In this document: piece by piece, positions 37,812-44,986 of the stretch
Numbering within the stretch: position 1 is the first letter of the stretch
Layout of the letters: every line of letters begins with the position of its first letter
Sequence record: SRR31156797_8623
Length of the DNA: 44,986 bases
Reading direction: 5' to 3' (one strand)
Notes under the pieces: model-generated
Seen by the model: only the letters and a program-made list of their open reading frames with translations
Databases searched by the model: none
Told to the model about the DNA's origin: nothing
Position numbers and translations under genes: made by a program

Positions 37812-38648
37812 ATGATTTATGATTTTCACGTTCATTCAAACATATCTGACAGCGATATGTCTATAGAGGATACTGTCAAACTGGCAGAGGAAAAAAATGT
37901 GGATTACTTAGCAATTATTGACCACGACACATTGATATCAATTAGTGAAGCGGCAAGAGTTAATTCAACAAATACAATAAATATAGTTGGCGGTGTTGAG
38001 GTATCAGCATTTGATTATAAAAATAATGCAAGAGTTCATATTCTGGGATTTAACTGCAATCCAGATAATAAACCTCTGCAAAAAATGCTTAAATCCACTA
38101 TTATTCAAAGAAACCGAGCATCATATAAGTCTATTGATATAATCAATGAAAAGGGCGAGATGCATATAGACATTGATGAAATCAAAAAATACGAATGCAG
38201 AGAGGGTCTATACAAACAGCATATACTTCACTACCTTATGGACAAAGGATATGATGATGTGATTTTCGGAAAGGTACGGGAAAAGATTTTCGGAAAGAAT
38301 GGCTATGCAAAGGTGGAAATGATTTACCCTGACTGTCTTGATGTTATTAAAGCAATAAATAATGCTGGTGGAATTGCTGTACTGGCACATCCTTTTATGT
38401 ACAATAATTTTGATTATATTGATGAAATGATAGAGGCTGGACTAGGGGGAATAGAGGCTGGACATCCAAGCAATGACGAAGAAAGACAAGAATACATTAT
38501 AAAATTTTGTAAGGAAAACAATTTATATATCACCTGCGGCAGTGACTGGCATGGCGGTTACGGAGACTCTCACCTAATGGATATTGGTAGTGTTTCTCTA
38601 GATGATGAATTAATTAAGCCTTTTTTAGATGTATTAAAAATCCTATAG
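37812..38648 (+). CDS. PHP-domain hydrolase (probable ribose cyclic-phosphate dihydrolase, PhnPP-like)
   Basis: DFHVHSNISD, DHD, GVEVS, HILG, LAHP, GSDWHG; last gene of the phn operon. Confidence 0.82.
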   Translation: MIYDFHVHSNISDSDMSIEDTVKLAEEKNVDYLAIIDHDTLISISEAARVNSTNTINIVGGVEVSAFDYKNNARVHILGFNCNPDNKPLQKMLKSTIIQRNRASYKSIDIINEKGEMHIDIDEIKKYECREGLYKQHILHYLMDKGYDDVIFGKVREKIFGKNGYAKVEMIYPDCLDVIKAINNAGGIAVLAHPFMYNNFDYIDEMIEAGLGGIEAGHPSNDEERQEYIIKFCKENNLYITCGSDWHGGYGDSHLMDIGSVSLDDELIKPFLDVLKIL

Positions 38649-40076
38649 GAATAGTATTGCCACAAACAGCATTATTACAAAAAATATCATGTTTGCAATC
38701 TTTATTGCAAACATTTTTTCTGCAAAAAAACTAGATAATTTAAACGAATTCATTCCTCTGTCAGCAGCGAATACTATAACTATTAACACTGAAACGAATC
38801 CAAGAGAATATAATGCTAGCTGAATATATGCCAGCAGTCCATTGTTGCTGTTGGCAAGTGTTACAATAGTAGCCAGATATAGCTGTCCAGTACATAGAAA
38901 TTCGCCAGCAGAAATCACAATTCCCAAAAGAAATCCTATTACTATTGACATTAGTGTGCTAGTATTTGCACCATATTTCTCTATCAGCCTGTGATTAAAT
39001 CGTCTTACTCCTTCTGGCAATTGCAGTCTGATTTTCCCTAGTTTATTTTTCCTAATATTTATCGCATCTATCAGATTCATAATAGCCAATACAACAGATA
39101 TTACAATTAAAAATATCTTAGAAATATTTGATAGCAAAGAATAATTAATAAGAGTAATCACATTAAAGAGTATTGTTCCAAGAAGTAAAAATCCTATAAA
39201 CTTACCTGATGCATAGGCTAGACCTGTTGCCTTTATACTCTTTCCTCTAGCAATTAATATGGATAAAAGCATTATTGTCATGCTGATTGAACACGGATTA
39301 AAACCATTTAAAAGTCCAACAATAAATGATACTGCTATATTACTTATTGATAATTCTTCCGTTGGCTCTTCATCAGCTTGCAGAATCGGTGTATTCTCAT
39401 CAAATGATAAAATTTCATTTATGTTATTCTTAATATCAGTATATGATGAATAGTATCTATCACCAACGTACAATATAGGTGTCAGTTGTTCCTCTTCGCT
39501 GACTTTGTATTCTCTAATATATGCCCTTGACAGCGTTATGCTCTCACTATCTGAAATAGAGTATTCAACTATGTTTAGATTGTCAAATAACCTCTCATCA
39601 ACAAATAGTTCCTTTACCTTAATACATTCCTTACAGCCAGGTGATGTAAAGAGGATTACACTTGGCTCGTTATTATTTATTACACTATCAATCAACTCAG
39701 TGCTGGTTAGCGCTTCCTTATCAGATTTTGCCTTAATTGCATTATCATCTACTATCACTATGGGGACGTCATCAATAGTATAGTCAAGATTAAGCTCAAG
39801 CATTCTCTCATTAAATGGCTCGACAGAAGAAGGGTAATAAACATTCTTCATAATAATTTCAAAATGAGACTCGTCAAGAGGAACTCCGACGATTTCTTCA
39901 AAATTCTTTATAAAATCTCCTTCTGGGTCACAGTCTCCGCATGTATTAAAATAATAATACTCTATAATGGGCAAATCGCTTTGAATGTCCTTTAGCTGAC
40001 TAGAACAAGATGACAAGCAAGTTATACTTACGACTAATAGTAAAACCAATAGATAAGATTTATTATATTTCAACAT
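38643..40076 (-). CDS. Lipoprotein with two thioredoxin/glutaredoxin-like CxxC domains fused to a CcdA/DsbD-like membrane domain
   Basis: LSSC lipobox; CGDC...VPIVIV and CKEC...TPILYVG domains; TM domain with GFNPCS and EFLCTGQLY. Confidence 0.8.
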   Translation of the reverse strand: MLKYNKSYLLVLLLVVSITCLSSCSSQLKDIQSDLPIIEYYYFNTCGDCDPEGDFIKNFEEIVGVPLDESHFEIIMKNVYYPSSVEPFNERMLELNLDYTIDDVPIVIVDDNAIKAKSDKEALTSTELIDSVINNNEPSVILFTSPGCKECIKVKELFVDERLFDNLNIVEYSISDSESITLSRAYIREYKVSEEEQLTPILYVGDRYYSSYTDIKNNINEILSFDENTPILQADEEPTEELSISNIAVSFIVGLLNGFNPCSISMTIMLLSILIARGKSIKATGLAYASGKFIGFLLLGTILFNVITLINYSLLSNISKIFLIVISVVLAIMNLIDAINIRKNKLGKIRLQLPEGVRRFNHRLIEKYGANTSTLMSIVIGFLLGIVISAGEFLCTGQLYLATIVTLANSNNGLLAYIQLALYSLGFVSVLIVIVFAADRGMNSFKLSSFFAEKMFAIKIANMIFFVIMLFVAILFL

Positions 40077-40350
40077 ATTCCCGTAATTCTTTTGGTAGGT
40101 CTAAAATGTAAACATCCTCACATCCTTGTGATTCTATGATGTTGAAAAACTGTAAATAAATATTGGAGAGTACCGCAGAGCGAATTAGCATGCATGGTTC
40201 ACGATTATCATAGTACTTAATACTTAGATCAACTATACACTTATCTTTGATAGGAATCCCCTCTACAATACCTGAATAAATTATTTCATTATCAGAATTA
40301 TAGATATTGATATTGTCTAATTTAGCTTTTTTTATTTTTCTTGCTCTCAC
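40063..40350 (-). CDS. Hypothetical protein
   Basis: 95-aa ORF with GTG start, overlapping the start of the CcdA-like gene; three Cys. Confidence 0.6.
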   Translation of the reverse strand: MRARKIKKAKLDNINIYNSDNEIIYSGIVEGIPIKDKCIVDLSIKYYDNREPCMLIRSAVLSNIYLQFFNIIESQGCEDVYILDLPKELREYVEI

Positions 40351-40432
40351 AATAAGTAGTCTACAAAAATTATGTGTGTAGAAAGTAAGATTTATAGAAA
40401 TTCTGTATTAATTCTTTTAGCTTTAATCACAC

Positions 40433-40458
40433 AAAAACAGACCTTACGAAAAGGTCTG
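40433..40458 (-). terminator. Rho-independent terminator
   Basis: Minus strand CAGACCTT-TTCGT-AAGGTCTG followed by TTTTT. Confidence 0.75.
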
Positions 40459-40523
40459 CTAGTATTATTCGAATTCGTCAGAAAGCTCTGTAAATGCCTG
40501 TTGTTATCTTGCGAAAAATCTAT

Positions 40524-41519
40524 TCAATCAGCAAAGCACAAACCATCAAATAAATCTCCGCCATAGAAATATTCTTCGCCTAAGTCATACCAGCCTTCGT
40601 TACCCTGAGCATCCTGTAGGCAAACCCATCTTACATCATCAGTATAAGTAATAGTAGCCATATCATCTGGCATAAGCACATAAGCTGTATTTGGGTCTGT
40701 AGGTGATACTTGCAGATATATCTCCTCTTTAACCACAACTGGTGTGTTCATAAGGATGTATCCATCATCATTATCATAGATTTCTACTAGCTTCCCGTCC
40801 TCATAATGCCAATTAGACTGATAGAACCAAGTGTGCAGTATACTTCCACGGCTTTGAGTAGTGATATAGCCATTACTAAGGATTTTTTGATCGTAAACTG
40901 GTAGACCACCTATTTCTCCTACTTCAATTATTTCGTTATTTTCATATGCTAAAATATATGTGTAAAAGTCAGATGATGGACCGTAGTCAGTCAATACAAT
41001 CTCATATCTATTATCATCTGGGTCAATATCAACTATAAGTATTGTACAGTCAAACTCATAGTCATATTCTGACATAGTTTTGGTATAAAAGTCTCCATTA
41101 ATACTCAAAAGGCAAATGTTGGAAGTAGGCCATTCACTGTCACCACCTGTGAAAATGTAGTAGTTATCATCATCGAAAGATATATCCACATCTTCCTGTC
41201 CATCAAACAAAAAATCAATATCCTCCATAGTACCGTCACAGTCCAAATCAAACAAGATTTCTCCGCTTCCAGCACCGTAAGCATAGACCTTTGTACCAGT
41301 TGGCAGAATTACAACTTCTTTTATTTCAGATTTTGGAATCTGCTCAGCTTCTACAGTTGTTTCTACTGTTTCTTGCGAGTTCTCAGTAACTTCTTCAACT
41401 ATCTCTGTCGTTGGTGTAACTTCAGCTTCATTATTCTCAATTTGATTGAGAATCTCATCACATGCTGTCATACTAAAACTTAATACAACTACAATAAGGA
41501 TAGCAAACAACTTATTCAT
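40524..41519 (-). CDS. Acidic lipoprotein of unknown function (C-terminal SH3-like element possible)
   Basis: MTAC lipobox, E/T-rich linker, DLDCDG and DIDPDD loops, WVCL...GNEGW; ATG at 41519 after GGAGG. Confidence 0.72.
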   Translation of the reverse strand: MNKLFAILIVVVLSFSMTACDEILNQIENNEAEVTPTTEIVEEVTENSQETVETTVEAEQIPKSEIKEVVILPTGTKVYAYGAGSGEILFDLDCDGTMEDIDFLFDGQEDVDISFDDDNYYIFTGGDSEWPTSNICLLSINGDFYTKTMSEYDYEFDCTILIVDIDPDDNRYEIVLTDYGPSSDFYTYILAYENNEIIEVGEIGGLPVYDQKILSNGYITTQSRGSILHTWFYQSNWHYEDGKLVEIYDNDDGYILMNTPVVVKEEIYLQVSPTDPNTAYVLMPDDMATITYTDDVRWVCLQDAQGNEGWYDLGEEYFYGGDLFDGLCFAD

Positions 41520-41588
41520 AGGAACCTCCAATTAATAGAATCATATCATACTTATATGCTCGTAGCTCCCAACTTTATATTCCAATAA

Positions 41589-42371
41589 TTAAACCCAAAT
41601 ATTCTCTTTTCTATTTACTACAAAGAATCCCTTTTCATTCAGATTATTTTTTCTGTTATATACCATCTCAGATTTGTCCATCTGCATGAATATTCCTCCA
41701 GCACACTCTACAATGCATTGCATTGCCGCTGTATCCCACTCGCTTGTATATCCAAATCTATAATACACATCTGCAGTACCCTCCGCTACCATTGTACCCT
41801 TTATTGCACTACCAGCAGATACAGTCTCCGCTATTAGATGCTTCTTCGCTTCTATCAATTCTGCCAGTTCGCCAGATGCATGGGATTTGCTCTTTGCAAG
41901 GATTAATTCATCCAGCTTGTCAGTAACATGAATTTCTTCCGTTTTACCATCTGCTTCTTTAAATGAACCAATACCCTTTGCTGCAAAAAAGAGTTCATCT
42001 CTTACAGGTATATAGATTACACCAACTACAGCTTTTTTCTTATATGCTAAAGCGATATTTACTGTAAACTCTCCGTTTTTCTTAATAAATTCCTTTGTGC
42101 CGTCCAATGGATCAATTACCCAGCATAAATCATTAGTAAATCTTGTTTCGTCCAGCTTGCTTTCCTCAGCAAGTATTGAAACCTCTGGAAAATTGGCTCT
42201 AAGCATATCTACAATAATAGTATTTGCCGTCTTGTCAGCGATTGTCAGAGGGCTATTATCAGCTTTCAATTCAATTGTATTCTCAAAATCAGTTGAATAT
42301 ATCTCCAGTATCTTTTCCCCTGCTTCAACAGCAGCTTTTTTCGCTATTTCTAAATGTCTTATATGTTCCAT
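41589..42371 (-). CDS. cysQ: 3'(2'),5'-bisphosphate nucleotidase
   Basis: KADNSPLTIAD, LAEES, WVIDPLDGTKEFI, EFTVNIA, SKSH, TSEWDTAA. Confidence 0.94.
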   Translation of the reverse strand: MEHIRHLEIAKKAAVEAGEKILEIYSTDFENTIELKADNSPLTIADKTANTIIVDMLRANFPEVSILAEESKLDETRFTNDLCWVIDPLDGTKEFIKKNGEFTVNIALAYKKKAVVGVIYIPVRDELFFAAKGIGSFKEADGKTEEIHVTDKLDELILAKSKSHASGELAELIEAKKHLIAETVSAGSAIKGTMVAEGTADVYYRFGYTSEWDTAAMQCIVECAGGIFMQMDKSEMVYNRKNNLNEKGFFVVNRKENIWV

Positions 42372-42401
42372 TATTATCCTTTCAAATGTTAGATATTATT
42401 T

Positions 42402-43334
42402 TTATATTTTGCATAGGTCTTCTATCATTTTGTCTGCATCATCCCAGCTTTTTAGAGTTGCACCGCACGCCAAATCGTGTCCGCCACCGCCATATTTTGA
42501 TGCTATATGATTTACAGTTTTTGAACTTGATCTTATTTCTGCCAGAATTCCATCAGGTGAGTAGGTAAAGTTTACCCAGATATCAATCCCCTTGATATCA
42601 GACATAGCATTTACCATACCTCTGGAAATATCGAAAAGTGAAAGAGGGCTCTCCTCCACCATCTCTTTAGTATTTCTCATAAAGGCAACATTGTTAATAG
42701 TCTTAAATTGGCTCATAACAACGCCCTTATATCTGACGTGATTTATATCAGCAGAATACATTTTTTTGAACATTGTATTTAAATCAATATCGTATTCCAT
42801 CAATTTACTGGCAACGTAGAATGTTTTATTGTTCACGTTATTATATCTGAATCTGCCGCTGTCAGCAACAAGACCTTTCATCAGGCATGCTGCAATTTCG
42901 TTGTCAAGTGATAGCTGCATTTCCTCTGCCAGAAGATAAACCATTTGACATGCAGAAATAGCAGTATCATCAATTATGCTGATATCACAAAAAGAAGTCC
43001 GCTTTGCATGGTGATCAATTTCAATCGTTTTTTTTGCAGTCCTGTACCTGTCATCGTTTATCATATACGGTGATGGTGTATCGGTTGCAATTACTAAAGC
43101 TTCAACAAATACTGCATCGTCTACACATGAATAATATTCTGCAAATTCTTCATCCGGTTCACTATCCATCAAGGCATAGATATTCTTTTGAGGGAAATTC
43201 TTTTTAAGTGTAAGCATCAATCCCAGCTGGGAGCCATATGCATCCATGTCTGGCTGCTTGTGTGTTAATACGATTATATCGTTATGTACATCTATCTCGC
43301 GTAGCAGCGTTTTTGCATTATCTAAGTACATCAT
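42402..43334 (-). CDS. nrnA: DHH/DHHA1 oligoribonuclease / pAp phosphatase
   Basis: HKQPDMDAYGS, TDTP, IDHH, GLVADSGRF, GGGGH; start overlaps the stop of the nuclease gene. Confidence 0.9.
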   Translation of the reverse strand: MMYLDNAKTLLREIDVHNDIIVLTHKQPDMDAYGSQLGLMLTLKKNFPQKNIYALMDSEPDEEFAEYYSCVDDAVFVEALVIATDTPSPYMINDDRYRTAKKTIEIDHHAKRTSFCDISIIDDTAISACQMVYLLAEEMQLSLDNEIAACLMKGLVADSGRFRYNNVNNKTFYVASKLMEYDIDLNTMFKKMYSADINHVRYKGVVMSQFKTINNVAFMRNTKEMVEESPLSLFDISRGMVNAMSDIKGIDIWVNFTYSPDGILAEIRSSSKTVNHIASKYGGGGHDLACGATLKSWDDADKMIEDLCKI

Positions 43335-44520
43335 CCATTGATCCAATCATAATCTGATAGTTCTCTAAGTATTGTCCTACATTACCTATTATATCAAAAG
43401 TATCTCCAACTTCAAATTCGCTTGGTTCAGGATACGGCTTTAAATACTTATCCACACGGATAATGCCTTGGTTGGTACCATCCGTGACAACAACATCGTA
43501 GCCTCGCGCCTCTTCAGAAGATTCAACTCTGGTAACAGTCAGACCATTAATGCGTACATACAATCCTTCAATATCCTCACTAATCATATCTATTGTAATC
43601 ATTTCAGGTTCTATAATGACTCCCTCTTCCAGCAAGGTAATCTTCTTATCAACAATGCTGGAAATCTCAAGTAATCCATTATACTCTACAACTTTGCCCT
43701 CTAGACGAATACGATTACCCCTCTCAAGTGCAGTATAATTATATTTATTTGCATATATATAGATTGCCCCTGATTCATCCTGAATAAATGCATTCTTATC
43801 TATAGTATTTGTGACTACTCCTTCAGCTAATACACTGCCACCTTTGGTCTGTTCTCTGATTGCTGCAATGTCTCCAGAAACAGTCTCGCCAAAATAATCA
43901 TAATCTGGGTCCTGTTCTCCCCATATTTTTATTTTAGTTTTCTGTGTTGCTGATTCCAGCCTGATAAATGTAGTAGTATACCTATAGTCACCATATAAGT
44001 ATTTAACTGATGCAAGTCCTTCCTCCACTAACAAGTAATTTAGCAGCTCACCGTCTACCCACACCCATGCCAAGACACGATCATAATCATCAAAGATATC
44101 ACTTTCTTCATCCATCTCCATGATTATTGTCTCTGCATTTTTCAGCTTATTCTGGGTAAATTCCTTTGCTGCCATAGCCCACGGCTCCATACCGTATGTT
44201 GAGGAATTCATCTCAGGTGTATCAATTGCAAGGAATCTGCACGACATCGGCATACCGCTAACTACAAATGTAGCTGTATCACCATCAGATATGCTTCTGT
44301 ATTCTACAATTTCATATCCATCTTCAAAGAATGTCATATCAGTGAAATCTATATCCGGTAATTGAGGCATTTGATATCTTGGAGTAGCTTCTGGTGTAGG
44401 AGTTGTTTCAACTTCTGATGCGCTTGGCAGAGGAATTTCCTCCTGCGGAATAACCTGATTTTTCTCACAACCTGATATAAATAGCAATACTGCTAAAATA
44501 ATTAATACAAATTTTTTCAT
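43318..44520 (-). CDS. Thermonuclease (SNase) lipoprotein with two C-terminal OB folds
   Basis: ISGC lipobox; DGDT, RFLAIDTPE, YDRVLAWVW, LVEEGLA; OB folds (FIQDESGAIYIY...GKVVEYNGLLEI; EGLYVRINGLTV...GNVGQY). Confidence 0.88.
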   Translation of the reverse strand: MKKFVLIILAVLLFISGCEKNQVIPQEEIPLPSASEVETTPTPEATPRYQMPQLPDIDFTDMTFFEDGYEIVEYRSISDGDTATFVVSGMPMSCRFLAIDTPEMNSSTYGMEPWAMAAKEFTQNKLKNAETIIMEMDEESDIFDDYDRVLAWVWVDGELLNYLLVEEGLASVKYLYGDYRYTTTFIRLESATQKTKIKIWGEQDPDYDYFGETVSGDIAAIREQTKGGSVLAEGVVTNTIDKNAFIQDESGAIYIYANKYNYTALERGNRIRLEGKVVEYNGLLEISSIVDKKITLLEEGVIIEPEMITIDMISEDIEGLYVRINGLTVTRVESSEEARGYDVVVTDGTNQGIIRVDKYLKPYPEPSEFEVGDTFDIIGNVGQYLENYQIMIGSMDDVLR

Positions 44521-44575
44521 AATACCCTCTTTTTAATATGGAACAATGTATACACTGTATCCACTCTTACATAAT

Positions 44576-44604
44576 AAAAAAGGCTGCCCAAAAAGGCAAC
44601 CTTT
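44576..44604 (-). terminator. Rho-independent terminator after the solute-binding protein gene
   Basis: Minus strand AGGTTGCC...GGCAGCCT followed by a T-run. Confidence 0.72.
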
Positions 44605-44615
44605 AATTTATTTAA

Positions 44616-44986
44616 TTAGCCAATTGCATTAGCAGCGTCTGTGATAGCTTGATCAACAGTCTTTGTACCAGCAATTGCTTCTTCTACTGCTACTCCTACA
44701 GCAACTCTGTAGTCATAGCTTGTTGGGAAGATTGGGTCGAAGATATACCAATCAGCTTCATATGATGTACCAGTAACTTTTGTTGGATTAACACCAGACT
44801 CAACGAATGCTTTGTATTCCTCAGACTCGCGAGCTGAAGCACGAACTGGCAGGTAACCTGTGTTCATTGCCCAGTATGCTGTGATTTCAGGGCTCATTAG
44901 GTACTTCATGAATTCAAATGTTGCTAGTTCTTCTTCTAGTGTAGACTTGAACATGCACATGTTTGAACCTTGTTGGATAACTTTCT
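44616..44986 (-). CDS. ABC transporter solute-binding protein, family 1 (UgpB/sugar-type); 5' end outside the window
   Basis: QGSNMCMFK...TFEFMKYL...WAMNTGYLPVR; frame is open to the window edge. Confidence 0.82.
   Translation of the reverse strand, partial: KVIQQGSNMCMFKSTLEEELATFEFMKYLMSPEITAYWAMNTGYLPVRASARESEEYKAFVESGVNPTKVTGTSYEADWYIFDPIFPTSYDYRVAVGVAVEEAIAGTKTVDQAITDAANAIG

Noticed and set aside
862-44365. Many short alternative-frame or antisense ORFs in the track (e.g. 862-1050, 2390-2848, 25703-26104, 42097-42510, 40372-40566)
   Set aside because: They overlap well-supported genes or terminators and lack SD sites and recognisable motifs, so they are treated as shadow ORFs.
1-44986. 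CRISPR arrays, IS elements, integrases, prophage, tRNA or rRNA
   Set aside because: No regularly spaced repeats, transposase or integrase motifs, or structural RNA signatures were seen.

Overview
Low-GC (roughly one-third G+C by eye) chromosomal window from a Firmicute, probably Clostridia, judging by strong SD sites, a T-box, BlaI/BlaR and many lipoproteins. No mobile element, CRISPR array, rRNA or tRNA was seen. (1) 1-7346: a divergent sulfur-relay cluster. One strand has two exported tandem-rhodanese lipoproteins, a TrxB with a fused thioredoxin-like domain, and a YeeE/TsuA-type transporter split into two genes with a TusA/YeeD gene between them. The other strand has LysR, an SLC13/DASS permease and a second TusA. 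(2) 7.5-27.5 kb: small accessory units, including a ferritin-like lipoprotein, methyltransferase, GNATs, an SH3-VanX lipoprotein, a MarR unit, PhzF, an orphan trpB under a Trp T-box, BlaI plus an M56 sensor, creatininase-MerR, YitT, VOC, S41 peptidase, an MFS with a possible leader peptide, and TauE. (3) 27849-38648: a carbon-phosphorus lyase operon phnDCEE-GHIJK-M-(hexapeptide transferase)-L-(PHP hydrolase). (4) 38.6-45 kb, minus strand: an ABC solute-binding protein, a thermonuclease-OB lipoprotein, NrnA, CysQ, a lipoprotein, a hypothetical protein and a Trx-Trx-CcdA-like lipoprotein. The best candidate for an undescribed system is the surface-to-cytoplasm sulfane-sulfur relay. A second is a possible extracellular nucleic-acid/3'-nucleotide phosphate-scavenging module next to the phn operon. 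All family calls come from motif recognition, not database searches.
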